A stretch of 64,000 bases of DNA from Octopus sinensis (taxonomy: Eukaryota): positions 43,834,001 to 43,898,000 of the forward strand of contig NC_043008.1 in NCBI RefSeq assembly GCF_006345805.1, given 5' to 3'. The position numbers and the translations under genes are program-made. A model generated the notes under the pieces. The model saw only the letters and a program-made list of their open reading frames with translations, had not been told where the DNA came from and made no database searches. This document shows, piece after piece, positions 1-13,411 of the stretch (position 1 is the first letter of the stretch; each line of letters starts with the position of its first letter).

Positions 1-252
1 TATTTTCTGGTTTTAAATTTCCTCATTCCTCGAGAGATTCGAAATCCTCTTTGATATATTTTCAACTAGTCTATGTGTAGTGCTTCTTAGGTGGTTACTA
101 TTTATGTTAATGTATTTTAAGTTGGCATTCAGCTTATAGCAGATTTATATATCCCCGTTTCTAGATTGATGTTAACGTCCAAGAAGTTTACGGAGTTGTG
201 TTCATTTCCGATAGTTATGGATAGTCCTATGTTCTTGAAGAATTTATAAACT
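1..252 (-). mobile_element. Penelope-like retroelement reverse transcriptase fragment (RT C-terminal/thumb), frameshifted
   Basis: Minus strand translates VYKFFKNIGLSITIGNEHNSVNFLDVNINLETGIYK, then after a frameshift KLNANLKYININSNHLRSTTHRLVENISKRISNLSRNEEI*. This matches the PLE 'GLxITI...VNFLDV...Y...SNHP...ISxRIS' pattern. Confidence 0.8.
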
Positions 253-568
253 TGGTTGGGAAATACTGCCTCATCCTCCATATTCTCCTGACCTTGATCC
301 TTCTGATTACAATTTGTTCCGAGGACTACAGAACCGTTTTGATGGACTTAGATTAACAACAAGAGAAGAGATTGAAAATGAGTTGGATTCATATTTCGGT
401 TCTAAACCTACAGAATTTTACAATCGAGGCATTTATAAGGTTGTTCAAAGATGGAGTGAGGTCAGTGAAAACAATGGAGAGTATATTAAGGAATAAATAT
501 TTCCATTGGCTTATTCATTTTTACCTTAGATCTTTAAATCGGACAATAATTTTGCACCAACCTGATTT
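251..568 (+). mobile_element. mariner (DD34D) transposon 3' fragment with right TIR
   Basis: 251-496 reads LGWEILPHPPYSPDLDPSDYNLFRGLQN...FYNRGIYKVVQRWSEVSENNGEYIKE* (YSPDLAPSDY motif). TIR-like aatcggacaataattttgcaccaacctgat at ~537-566. Confidence 0.93.
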
Positions 569-586
569 ATGCGCACCCACACGCAT

Positions 587-593
587 CTGTCTG

Positions 594-648
<55 letters not shown>

Positions 649-649
649 G

Positions 650-716
<67 letters not shown>

Positions 717-792
717 GTCTATCTGTCTGTCTATCTGTCTGTCTGTCTGTCTGTCTGTCTGACTGTCTGTCTGATTGTCTGTCTACTATCTA
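587..792. repeat. (TATC)n/(TGTC)n microsatellite
   Basis: Direct inspection; source of the LSIY-repeat ORFs. Confidence 0.98.
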
Positions 793-2210
793 TATACGTG
801 CATTCATTTATGTATATATGTATGTATGTGTGTCTATATTGGCAAGCGGATGCCAATAAATCGGTGAATCGAAACCAAACGCTGTTTTTTCTATTTTATT
901 TCGGGCGAATTATGTCTCTTTACACTGAAGGAGAAGTAATCCATTAAATAAAGATCAATAAAGTTAAGTAGCAAGTTGGAAGGATTAGTGGACGATATAA
1001 TCAACTAATCTTCACTCGCTGAAAGCACTGCTCCAGCATGGCTCTAATGTAGAGACTGAAACCTGTAAAACTGGTCCTGGTGGCGGATCTCCGTCGTTTA
1101 GCAATGAGGATTTAGTACAGCTGAATTACATACCCTTGAATTAACGTGAAAATTGTTGAATATTCCACAGGCATGTATATACCTTTAATGTAATTCTTAA
1201 GCAAAAGCAAAGTGATACAGTATGTGTGTGCATGCGTGTGACAAGGATCCAAGTGTTGAATTACAGGCGCAAAATACCTGACGGGCTTCTATACAGTTTC
1301 CCTTTGCAAATTTCCCTCCTACGATATATGTCAGCTTATGGCTGTAGAAAATATAAAATGCCGAATTTGCTAAGAAGCGGAATCGAAACTGAACTATTTG
1401 GCTATACTGCACGTAAACAAGGGTAACAACATTGGAATGAAAGGAAGTGAGGCCCTTCTGCAGGTCAAGATTTGTTCAGTCCTCGCTGCCCAACTCAGGC
1501 TATGGGGCAAAATGCTTGTGACTCTGAGATACCGGCTGATGATGCCGAAAGGTTTATAGCATTGTGATAGATTTAGAAGAAATGATTGCAAAACTTCAGA
1601 GCAATTCCTGCAGTTTCCCTACGGGGCAAAGCATGTCTGATGTTTATTTGCCTCTTCAGTCTCCCCTTTGAACTCGGACCTTTGATTTGCCACATATTCA
1701 CAAGTGAGTAACGAATGAAGATCATCTTACCTAACATAAATGTATAAAAAATAAAATGAACAAAGGAAAATAACTCAAAGTCATGAAACTGGATAATAGA
1801 TTTACGGTAAGAGGCTGAACGCAAACATGTGTCAATTAAAACTCCTCAATTTGAAGAGAGAGAGAGAGAGAGAGAGAGAACAAAAAAGTAAACAAGAAAA
1901 ATGAATAAGGACTGTAACTGTTATTGGTAGATCGGGAAATAAAAAAAAGTACTTTCTAGTTCCTCATACTACATCTCTGAAGTTTCAGCTCACAACGTTC
2001 TGAGTTTAAATTCTGCGAAGCTGACTATTGCTGACACCCACTTAAGGTCGATGAAGTAAAGTACTATTCATTATTGACTATTTATAAATTCCAAGACGAT
2101 TTACAATGGTGTTGAAGGCAAGTGAAATGCTTATTCTCAAACAATAAAGGAAGATTGAATAATATAACAAGACCCCGATCCAAATGTGTATCTATCTGTC
2201 TATCTATCTA

Positions 2211-2660
2211 TTAAAGCTGCAAAATTATCACAAGGCTGTTACTAAGAATTCTACGTTCTTGTTCGTCGCACAGTTGTGATAAGAACTGAAAAACAATTGT
2301 GAGTTTTCATCGCAAAAGTCTGACGAACGGAACCGTGAAATTTTGAGCAACAGTCTTCTGACAATTTTGTAGCTTTAATTAAAGCATATTACTCTACTTT
2401 GGTATTCGAGTGTTGTTTTTTTCGATCTTGTTTTGCACTTATGTCCTCACCTATCCAGCTTCTTCCTTCTTCCCTTTGGACTTTCTGTTTCCGAAGAAGA
2501 TCTATGCTCGAAACATAAAACATCTACTCTTTTCATTCTCCGAGCGTCATATTAATACTTCGCTTACTTGTCCTCTTTTCCACTTGTTTCTCGCGTTGTT
2601 TGCGTATTGAACTTATTTGATTTTGCACTTCATGTTGTTTACTGTTGGTGACATCCTGTA
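2211..2660. mobile_element. Penelope pseudo-LTR-like element: ~77-bp inverted repeat carrying hammerhead-like motifs
   Basis: Arms 2211-2287 and 2302-2378 are reverse complements. CTGACGA-acgg-aa-ccgt-GAAA at 2320-2340; a second, decayed core CCGAAGA...gctcGAAAcaTA at 2491-2517. Confidence 0.65.
2316..2353 (+). ncRNA. minimal type-I hammerhead ribozyme-like motif (family H1), cleavage site decayed
   Basis: CTGACGA/ACGG-AA-CCGT/GAAA/tttTgag-CA-acag. The sister copy at 54529-54566 retains ctc-t-gag-TA-acag. Confidence 0.6.
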
Positions 2661-2703
2661 CCCATATATGCATGTGTCTGTATATATATATATATATGCA
2701 TGA

Positions 2704-2784
<81 letters not shown>

Positions 2785-3841
2785 CATGTTATATATAGTA
2801 GTGTCTATTACTGAGATTTATACTATTGATTAAACATGGTCCCTCGATAGTGCTGGTCTTGAGGTTAAACCGGAAAGCATATTTCTTTCTCGAATTGGAA
2901 TCCCATCGTGGGTGATTGCCTGTCTTTGTTAACAGATAAAATCAAGTACCAGTGAAATATTTGGGAGTTTCTTGTGATTGTATTGGTTTTGAAATATAGA
3001 ATCGAATTGATTGTATTTCCTACCTAGTAGGAATAGTCTCATGTAAATATTTATTCCCCAAATCTATATCCAGTAACGGAATATACAAACATGTAAGAAC
3101 GGAATAATAAAAAAAAAGACGGGTCGATTTAATCAATACTTCACTTTTTGCCTATAAAACTTCGCCTTGTGTTAAGTACACGCCAACCCACCGGCAGCCC
3201 CTACCCAAAAGAACACAGCAAATAAAAAAAATGGAAAAGAAAAGGAAAAAGAAATATCTAACCTCTGCCCCTCCCCCCGCCGAACTCTGCTACATCAAAA
3301 CAATAAAATAAACAAGACAAAATGGACAATAAAAATTAAAATAACACCAGCGCTAAGATTATGTTGTTCATCAGTAGGAGTCTAGTCTGGAAACTTTCTT
3401 TATCTGCAGAAAATATAATTACTATTTCACAGCGAACAATTTTCATTGTCAATGAAGGAAATGATAGCAAATCGGAAGTTTTGTTCAACTATACAACTTT
3501 CCCAAAGTAAGTCTCTTACGATTCTGTTTGCATAAAGGAAAAAGAGAAATAAATAAATAAATAGAAATGAATAAAAATGAATAAAAATACTGAAAAAAAA
3601 AACTCACAAAAATAGAAAAGAAAGAATATCAAATAATATATAAAACAAGCATACAAAGAGACTATACATTTTGGGTGGGTATTTGTTTATTTTTTTTTCT
3701 TCTCCCAAACCAAATATATAAGATTTTCATTAAGAGGTCCATCCTTTGACATGCAAAACGACCAATCCTAATCGCTGTCTTACAGCTACAAAAGTCTACC
3801 AATATATACGTATATATATATGCATATATATATATATATAT

Positions 3842-3875
<34 letters not shown>

Positions 3876-4451
3876 ATATATATATAATATATATATATAT
3901 ATAATATATATATATAATATATATATATATATATGCATATATGTATGTAAGTATGTATGAATGTAGGCATGTTTGTATATATCTGTATCGTAATAATCGA
4001 CATTTTTTTAGAAAGGGGAACCCCTCTACACTCGACACCGCCCTTTGTTCCTATTCTAAAATAGCTGGACATATTATCTTGAGCTTCGCGCGTCAGATAT
4101 TGCTGTCAATCTTTATTTACATAACACCAGCAGCCCAATAGTTTAAAAAGCGGAGAAAAGCATACATGTACACACATATATGTACACATATTAGCATATG
4201 TATATATACATATATATGTGTGTGTGTGTAATGGAAACAAACGAATAACGACAAAAACATTGATACCAAAAGCAGACGATAACATTTTGGAGACTTTTTT
4301 TCTTGAGGTTGTTATTGTAGTCGGTTTGTTTGTAATATCTTACATGTATGTTACGTGATTTTCTAGAGGTGCAAGGCTGGCAAAACAAAACCTTTTCTTT
4401 CTCCATATAACCAACTATACAATACTATACATACTCACATACTCCACGTAG

Positions 4452-4482
<31 letters not shown>

Positions 4483-4522
4483 ATACATACACACAGATTG
4501 ATAGATATATAAATATAAATAA

Positions 4523-4562
<40 letters not shown>

Positions 4563-4609
4563 CGTAAGACCCTCTATCTATTTCTATATTTCCCCCTGTC
4601 TCTCCCTCT

Positions 4610-4658
<49 letters not shown>

Positions 4659-5067
4659 CACACAAACACGAATGTATGTATTAATATGGTGAACTAGAAG
4701 AATAGTTAGTGCGTCGGACAAAATGTTTAGCGGTATTCCGTTCCGTTCTTTACGCTTTGAGTTCATTTCCATCTAAGTCAATTCCCCCCACTCACACCCC
4801 CACCTGCCTTTAGAAACTTAAGTTTCGGTGGTGGTGCTGGTGGTAGTGGTGACGATAGAGATGTCGATGTGATACACTTATCAGCTGATAAAATTGCAGG
4901 CGTTCCGTTCACAGAGTTTTGTGATCTCGGCCGGTTACTCGGCGTGGAAGTCTAATAAACCGGCTTCACGAGTCGTAGGGCTGCAGATGTATATTCACCT
5001 ACATGCGCACATACGCGCAAGACACAAACGCACACACACATATATTCACATTTCCACTTACACTATA

Positions 5068-5948
5068 TACGAGGGTGGGCTGAAAAGCTTATGGGGCTGC
5101 CTATGACGGAGTGATTCTAGAGCTGTGAAATCTTGCAGGGATTAATTTCAGCTCTTATCGAAGAGGCATCGATGACCATCTTAATTGATGGGAGAAAGGC
5201 ATAGCTGTTCAGCGATCATATTTTGAATGATTAAGTTCAGTTTTTCAAGACTATAGGCTTATTTTTAAAACCGGCAATTATTTTCTGAACAACCTAAGAA
5301 ATAACCGCGTTTGTTTTTCCCTAGGTAATCTGACACCTGACTGTTCAAAGAAGACTTCAAAATAACTAGTAACTGCCTGTCTTGAAAATGGAAAAAAATG
5401 GCATCAAATACCTGAAGAAAATGGTTTCAGCCCCCAAGACTGTTCATACAGTCATTGTTGTAACATCAGAGGTTGACACTTCAGCTTTATCGACAGCGCA
5501 AAAGTAAGCAGATGAATATAGGAGGGTATGGGTGAGTCTTGAAGATGATCCAAGGTCTGGGCGTCCTGCAACTGCCACCACCGAGTGAAACATTGACCAT
5601 GTTCCCCACATAAGAAGCGATTGACTATGAATCAAATAGCCAATGCTATTAGCATATCCTGTGATAGAATTTAAAATATTCTGCACAATGAACTTGGCAA
5701 AGCATGGGTGCCGTGTCTTCTGACACCAGATCAAATGCGCACCATGTTGATGACATCATGGGAAAATCTAACATTGTTTCAGGCAGATCTGGTTGGTTTC
5801 CTTGAATGATTCATAACCCAGGAGGAGTATTGGCTTCATCACTTTGAGCTGGAGACAGAGAGACAATCCGTGCTGTGCAAACGTCCCTCCTTATCTACTC
5901 CAAAGAAGGCCAAGGTCGGTTCATCTGCAGTGAACATGATGGCTTCAC
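5068..5948 (+). mobile_element. mariner transposon (irritans/Himar1-like) 5' two-thirds, pseudogenised
   Basis: Left end TACGAGGGTGGGCTGAAAAG. From 5388 the frames give SLEDDPRSGRPATATTE, ILHNELGKAWVPCLLTPDQ (WVPxxL) and FITQEEYWLHHFELETERQS, with stops and frameshifts. Confidence 0.9.
5162..5298 (+). mobile_element. 3' tip of a second mariner nested in the 5' UTR of the first
   Basis: RGIDDHLN*WEKGIAVQRSYFE* (mariner C-terminus) followed by TIR-like aaaaccggcaattattttctgaacaacctaa. Confidence 0.7.
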
Positions 5949-5989
5949 ACTCTGCCGGCTCGTTACTTTAACAACAATGGTAAGAAATC

Positions 5990-6500
5990 TAATTTCAGCA
6001 CAAGTTCAGCAATTTTAGGGGAGGATAAGGCCACTACATCACCCTCAGTGTTTAACTGGTACTTTTATCGAGGCCGTAAAAGAGAAAAGTCAGGACCGGA
6101 AGAAATGCTGCCTAACATTTTGTGCGATGCGTAAAGGATTTTGCCAGTTCGCCGCTTTAAAAGCAATCAATACTATTGGTGTTTATAACAACAATGTCTG
6201 CTTTCGACACGAGGCTAGCAATCTTAAGGGAACGGGGTCAGTCGATATAATAGATCTTTTGATTTTTCCTTAATCTTACCGACCCCCAGAGGGATGTAAA
6301 ACAAAGTAGTTGGGGTTCGAAATTGAAAACCAAAGAACCGGGCCAGTTGTAGCAAGGCTGTTTTGTCTCACTCTCCAAAGATAGGCTCTTACACCATCCT
6401 AATAAACCTTTACATTGTCACTAGGCCGGTAATTTTGAGGTGATATGGAGCCGTCGCAATCGATTCTTGTAGAAAACTTGTATTTTATATTACCAATCCC
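5990..6500 (-). mobile_element. cluster of decayed SINE copies (family B/C)
   Basis: Repeated 'cacaagg..agcaattt..gggga...cagt...actggtactt..ttatcga' motif shared with 19605-19764. Confidence 0.55.
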
Positions 6501-6504
6501 TACA

Positions 6505-6664
6505 GGCACGAACGTTGCTCTATGGTAAGAAGTTTGCTTTTCCACCAACTGATTCCGGTTTCAGTCCTACTGCGTGGTAACTTGGCAATTGTATTCTTCT
6601 ACAACCCCGGGCCTACAAAACAATTTTATGTAGATTTAGTTGACGGAGACTGAAAGAAAACCGT

Positions 6665-6706
<42 letters not shown>

Positions 6707-6960
6707 CGCACATATATATGTGTATGTGTGCAAATTGCCCCCACAACCGCTTGATATCCCGGGTTGATTTGTTTATGTCTCCGTAACATAGCAGTTCGAC
6801 AAAAAAACAAAAAAACAAACAAAAACAGAACTGATAGAATAAGTGCCAGACAAAATAAAATAAAATAAACTAAGTACTGGACTGGATTTGTTCGACTAAT
6901 CCCATTAAGAGAGTGCTCCAGCATGGTCACAGTCCAATGAGTAAAACATGTGAAAGATAA
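6505..6960 (+). mobile_element. tRNA-headed SINE family A, diverged copy
   Basis: ggtaagaagtttgct...ggtttcagtcctactgcgtgg...cttggcaa, internal (AC)n, 3' gctccagcatggtcacagtcc. Confidence 0.8.
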
Positions 6961-7460
6961 AACATGGAGGATTGTGTAAATTCGTCCTAGGCGGGATTTG
7001 AACTGAGAAAGTACAGAACTGGAGACAAAGACCGCAAGGCATTTCTCTGAATCTCTAACGATTCTTTTAATTCAATAATGTCAACAAAATGTTACTGTAG
7101 TAGTAGTTGTGGTGATGGTGGTGGTAGTAGTAGTAGTAGTAGTTGTTGTTGTTGTTATGGTTCCATCTGAAATGCAATATTGCAATTAGATCTTAAATTG
7201 GTAAAATGGCTTCTCCAGGAATCGATTTAATGCTGGAATATTTGCGCGGGGAACGATTTTGCTCTACGTCGTAATGGGCCCCGGGCAAACCTGGAGGAGA
7301 AATTTCTATTCTGCTGTGAATATGGTTTCATATCGAAGACGTCTTTGCATTGGAACTTGGTGATGTCATGAGTAATGATAAAGTTGATGAAGATGATGAT
7401 AATGGTGACGATAACGACTCAACAACAACAACAACAACGATGATAATAATAATAATAATA

Positions 7461-7510
<50 letters not shown>

Positions 7511-7512
<2 letters not shown>

Positions 7513-7808
7513 GATCAAGAAGGGAACCGAAAATTATATGAGATTGATCCCTGGCTTACCATCCCTACAAGAAGTGCAAAAGATTGTCTTAACTGGTACT
7601 TCACACGTATTGAGAAGAGCATTGTCGATGTGAGAACTGTTGCTGCTCATGTATTTTAATGTAACTTAAAAAAAAAAAAAAAAAAAATGAACGAACTACT
7701 GAGTTTGGTTTAATGGCCTACCATTGTATACTATGAGTTTCTTTGCCCTAGGAGTCGGGAAGACACTCGGCAAGAAATGGAAGCAAATTTGAAAGAAGAA
7801 AAAAAAAA

Positions 7809-7810
<2 letters not shown>
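7511..7810 (+). mobile_element. R4/Dong-like (RLE) non-LTR retrotransposon 3' end inserted in (TAA)n
   Basis: 7511-7633 reads MIKKGTENYMRLIPGLPSLQEVQKIVLTGTSHVLRRALSM*, typical of the R4-clade C-terminal 'QKxxLxGTxHxLR'. (TAA)n lies on both sides. Confidence 0.8.
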
Positions 7811-7848
<38 letters not shown>

Positions 7849-7855
7849 TAAATTA

Positions 7856-8420
7856 CCTGATGTAGTACCAGGCAGTGGCTCTCATCGCTTCTGATCTTAA
7901 TTGATTGGAATTGTTATCATGTACATTGTTTTGTCTTGGTATAAAAGATGGGCTACAGCAAATATTCTGCTCAATACCACAAATTTGCTTGTCAGGTGTT
8001 TGACCTTAACCAGTTGACCATGTCCCTTAGTGGCTCACGATATGTGCATCTCTGATCACGAGCAGAAGTATTGGAGGAGTATCATAGCTATGTGTTGAGA
8101 GGGATTCTTTGGGGTCTGAATAATTAAACTCTGGAAACATGGGTGCTTGGTTCAACATCCTTAAACAACCCTTATTCAGGGACCTTTTGTGCAGGATGTG
8201 CTAATCGCCCTGAAAAAAATTCTAACTGGGCCCCACCTGCAAGGTCATGTGCTGTTTATCTTGATATGAGATCACCATGTCGCGCACATATGGTTGTGAT
8301 GCATGTGCCTGGTGTACCCTTATCAGATGGGTAGTCATGATGGGTATACTGGGCTTCGTATATTTGTACCCCAGTGTCACTTTGATGGCATGCACTGCTC
8401 TCTCACTCAATAATAATAAT
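7856..8420 (+). mobile_element. ~550-bp interspersed repeat ending in (TAA)n, copy 1
   Basis: High similarity to 10838-11310; both end gcatgcactgctct.tcactcaataataat. Confidence 0.85.
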
Positions 8421-8429
8421 GATTATCCT

Positions 8430-8830
8430 TTCTACTATAGACACAAGGGATGAAATCTTGTTTGGGTAGGCTAGGCGAATACATTAACTCCAGGAGTCAA
8501 CTAGTACTTTCTTAGGTCGATGAATGAAACTCAAATTTGGCGGCAACTGAAGTCAGGATGTAAAGATCTGGACGAAATGCTGCTAAGCATTCCATCCGGA
8601 ACGGTAATGATTGTACCAGCTCAACGCTTTGAAAATAATAACTGTTTCTGATTTTGGTGCTAGACCAGCAATTTGTGGTGCCTGGACTTCTTGGTCGCAT
8701 ATCGAACCCAGTTCTTCAGAGATATTTATTTTATTGACGCCGGGAGGATGAAAGACAATGTTGACCACGGCGGGATTCGAGCTCAGAACGTAAAAGTCCT
8801 GCAGAAATACCGCAAGGATTTTGTACACGA
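8430..8830 (-). mobile_element. two decayed SINE B/C copies in tandem
   Basis: ttctactatagacacaagg... and gatgaaagacaatgttgaccacggcgggattcgagctcagaacgtaa match the family consensus. Confidence 0.65.
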
Positions 8831-9480
8831 TTTTTCTTTTTTACTTTTGGTCCAATGATTTTAATAATCCAATAACAACAACAACAACAATAACAGTCAT
8901 CATTATTATTGCTCTTGTTATTTATATAACACCAACAATAACAATAACACCACGAATATTTATTTATTAATCTATATTTGGAAATAATATAAACAGTATT
9001 TTTTTTTAAAATATTTTCCTGAAGCCGAAAAGTTTTATAAGTTTGCATCGAAATCAATGGCGGTTTGGAAGACGTCCAGAAAACGGAAAGGATGTTTGTT
9101 TTGTTTACATATGAATGTATGTTTATGTTGTAATGTATAAGTGAGATGACGTAATAGTTTGTCTGAAATGTAAATACCAATTAGTCAATACAGAAGAAAG
9201 ACAGTGTGGAGAGCTTCATAAAACTAAACTGTAAACATACAGCCATCGTATATCGACGATACGGTTCAGAGACGTGTAATAAACCAGCGAATACATGAAC
9301 GTACGTTCGTATGTATGCATGTATGTATTATGTATGTACGTACCTACGTACGTACGTATGTATGCATATAAGTATGTATGTATTGTTTTATCTATATGTG
9401 AGATCAGAGTGTAAATTTATATGTGTGTATATATAGATGATGTTTTATCTGTATTTGAGAGCATATGAGTTTGTGCTTGC

Positions 9481-9563
<83 letters not shown>

Positions 9564-10020
9564 TATATGTAAGTATGTATACACATATAATTATACATAC
9601 ATATATAATTAATATATATATACATTTTTTATATATACATACACACATTTTCTTTATCCCTTTTATATGTTTCAGTCATTTGACTGCGGCCATCGCGGAG
9701 CACTGTCTTAATATATGCGTATATATATAATAATGGATGTGTATATATATTATATATATATATACATAAGCCTTAAGGAAGGAATTTGATGGCCCCTCTT
9801 CAACCCCCAAATGTAGGCCAATCGACCTCGTCCCTGAACCAACTGAGAATAGTTAACCATTAATCAAATGAATGCTGATAAGTTTAAAATAGGATCAATG
9901 CAACTGCCGCGTTGCTCTTATCAAATGTCTGTTTCGTATTAACAAAATAGATATCTACACATTTACTCAAATAGATATTTATCTAATTATATGTATATAT
10001 ATATATCATATGTATATATA

Positions 10021-10065
<45 letters not shown>

Positions 10066-10082
10066 ATATATATATACATATG

Positions 10083-10127
<45 letters not shown>

Positions 10128-10137
10128 TACATATATA

Positions 10138-10303
10138 CAGGAGTGGCTGTGTGGTAGTAGCTTGCTAACTAACCACATGGTTCCGGGTTCAGTCCCACTG
10201 CGTGGCATCTTGGGCAAGTGTCTTCTGCTATAGCCCCGGGCCTACCAATGCCTTGTGAGTGGATTTGGTAGACGGAAACTGAAAGAAGCCTGTCATATAT
10301 ATG

Positions 10304-10336
<33 letters not shown>

Positions 10337-10538
10337 TTGTGTGTCTGTGTTTGTCCCCCTAGCATTGCTTGACAACCGTGTTTACGTCCCCGTCACTTAG
10401 CGGTTCGGCAAAAGAGCCCGATAGAATAAGTACTGGGCTTACAAAGAATAAGTCCTGGGGTCGATTCGCTCGACTAAAGGTGGTGCTCCAGCATGGCCGC
10501 AGTCAAATGACTGAAACAAGTAAAAGAGTAAAAGAGTA
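10138..10538 (+). mobile_element. tRNA-headed SINE family A, near full length
   Basis: A-box-like TGGCTGTGTGG, B-box-like GGTTCAGTCC, cttgggcaagt core, internal (TA)n(TG)n and (GTAAAAGA)n tail. Confidence 0.92.
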
Positions 10539-10569
10539 TATGTGTGTGTGTGTGTGTATACATATCTAT

Positions 10570-10767
10570 TCTTTTATTATTCTATGCTTCTATTTGTTTC
10601 AGCTGAGTGCAGCCATGCTGGAGCACTGCCTTTAGTTGAGGAAATCTACTCCAGGACTTATTCTTTGAAAGCCTAGTAGCTATTCTATCGATATCTTTTG
10701 CCGAACCACTAAGTTACGGGGATATAAATACACAAGCATCGGTTGCCAAGCGATGTTGGGGCGACAA

Positions 10768-10775
<8 letters not shown>
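10570..10775 (-). mobile_element. SINE family A 3' half, inverted tail-to-tail to the previous copy
   Basis: Reverse complement of ~10345-10530. Confidence 0.88.
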
Positions 10776-10813
<38 letters not shown>

Positions 10814-10837
10814 AAACACACACAAAATATATATACC

Positions 10838-11310
10838 CATATAAGAGATGTGCTACTGCAAATATTCTGCTCAATATCAGATTTGCTTGTCAGTTGTTTG
10901 ACCTTAACCAGTTGAGCATGTCCCTTAGTGGCTGACCATATGTGCATCTCTGATCATGAGCAGAAGTAGTGGGAGAGCATCATAGCCGTGTGTTGAAAGG
11001 AATTCTTTGGGGTTTGGATAATTCACCTTTGGAAACACGAGTGGTTCGTTCAACATCCATAAACAATCCTTATTCAAGGACCTTTTGAGCGGGAAGGGCT
11101 ACTCTACCTGAAGAAAATCCTAACTAGGTCCCACCTGTAAGGTCATACACTGTTTATCTTGATATGAGATCACCATGTCGCGCACATACGGTTGTGATGC
11201 AAGTGCCTAGTGTACCCTTGTCACACGGGTAGTCATGATAGGTATATTGGGCTTCGTATATTTTATCCCAGTGTCATTTTGATGGCATGCACTGCTCTGT
11301 CACTCAATAA
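10838..11310 (+). mobile_element. ~550-bp repeat, 5'-truncated copy 2, followed by long (TAA)n
   Basis: Aligns by eye with ~7940-8410. Confidence 0.85.
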
Positions 11311-11331
11311 TAATAATAATAATAAAAAATA

Positions 11332-11379
<48 letters not shown>

Positions 11380-11419
11380 TAATAATAATAATAATAAAAA
11401 TAAAATAATACATATATAT

Positions 11420-11467
<48 letters not shown>

Positions 11468-11507
11468 GATCTCAGATCAAATTACTTGCTATGCGAGTAC
11501 ATCTCCG

Positions 11508-11554
<47 letters not shown>

Positions 11555-11969
11555 ATATATACATATGTATATATGTATAAATGTATGCATATGAGTTTGT
11601 TATACCATTGGTATAGAATGGTTTAATTCTATCTTTTTCTGTTTCTTTCCTCTATTCGCATTTTCTCATTTTCATTTCTATTTTCTATTCGTAAGCTGTA
11701 AATTATTACATTCGCTCTGTTGAATTTTGACAACCACTCAAATTACAACTTAATTTTCAAACTTTTGGCGAGATTTCAACGGTATTATAAACCCATGTGT
11801 ATATAAACACATGCTTATTGTTAACTCCGTTATTACCGGATGAATCCAAAAGCTAGCGTAGTCCCGTGAAGTTTTATTCAGCCTAAATTATAGGTATACG
11901 CCCACATGTACATACATGCATACATACTTACGTACATATATACATACATGTATATATGTGTGTATAAAT

Positions 11970-12320
<351 letters not shown>

Positions 12321-12542
12321 ACACACACATACTTTGGCTTTTGTGACATGATAAGATGTAGGTGCCCAAGAAGTCGCACGTAGATAAAGACACCCAGTCG
12401 TGCTTTTCACAATTGATCCATGAAAATAAAAAAAAAGTCGATAACGCCTCCAGATAACTGTCTCATCTAGGATGGAGCAGCTGGAGACTGAGTGAAAAAG
12501 AGAAAGTGAAAGAAAGATAAAGAGATAGATAGATAGAGAGGG

Positions 12543-12587
<45 letters not shown>

Positions 12588-12695
12588 CAACGCTTCGCTG
12601 TATACTTCTTTTAGTAACAATAAAATGAAGTAAAGGTCGCGCCGCCCGTCTTAAGAGACGAACCTCAAACCACGAAGCCAAAAGCCTAGCCTCAC

Positions 12696-12734
<39 letters not shown>

Positions 12735-12996
12735 TACACACAAACACACACACTGATACTAATACACACAAACATACAGACAGACACACACACAGGGACT
12801 CAGGCACATACACACACAGCCGCATACACACACAGAAACACGCACACACATAGAGACATACGCACATACACATACACACATTAGTTCACCCCATGAGTGT
12901 AAATAGGAAATGAGGAGTAGCTAACTTAGTCCGTCTCAAAAACGGTAAATGGCGGAATCGGCAGCCCTTAGGAGAAAGTGGTATTTGGTCTTTTAA

Positions 12997-13411
12997 GGTG
13001 GCGAGCTGGCAGAAACGTTAGCACACCGGGCGAAATGCGTAGTCGTATTTCGTCTGCCATTACGTTCTGAGTTCAAATTTCGCCGAGCTCGACTTTGCCT
13101 TTCATCCTTTCGGGGTCGATTAAATAAGTACCAGTTACGCACTGGGGTAGATATAATCGATTTAATCCGTTTGTCTGTCCTTGTTTGTCCTCTCTATGTT
13201 TAGTCCCTTGTGGGTAGTAAAGAAATAGGTATTTCGTCTGTCTTTACGTTCTGAGTTCAAATTCCGCCGCGGTCGACTTTACCTTCCATCCTTTCGAAGT
13301 CGATTAAATAAGTACCAGTTTCGCACTGGGGTCGATATAATCGACTTAATCCGTTTGTCTGTCCTTGTTTGTCCTCTCTGTGTTTAACCTCCTGTGGGTA
13401 GTAAAGAAATA
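12997..13411 (+). mobile_element. SINE family B head-to-tail dimer
   Basis: Head ggcgagctggcagaaacgttagc, B-box gagttcaaattcc, central cctttcatcctttcggggtcgattaaataagtaccag (Meta/MESC-domain-like). The second unit starts at 13228. Confidence 0.9.
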
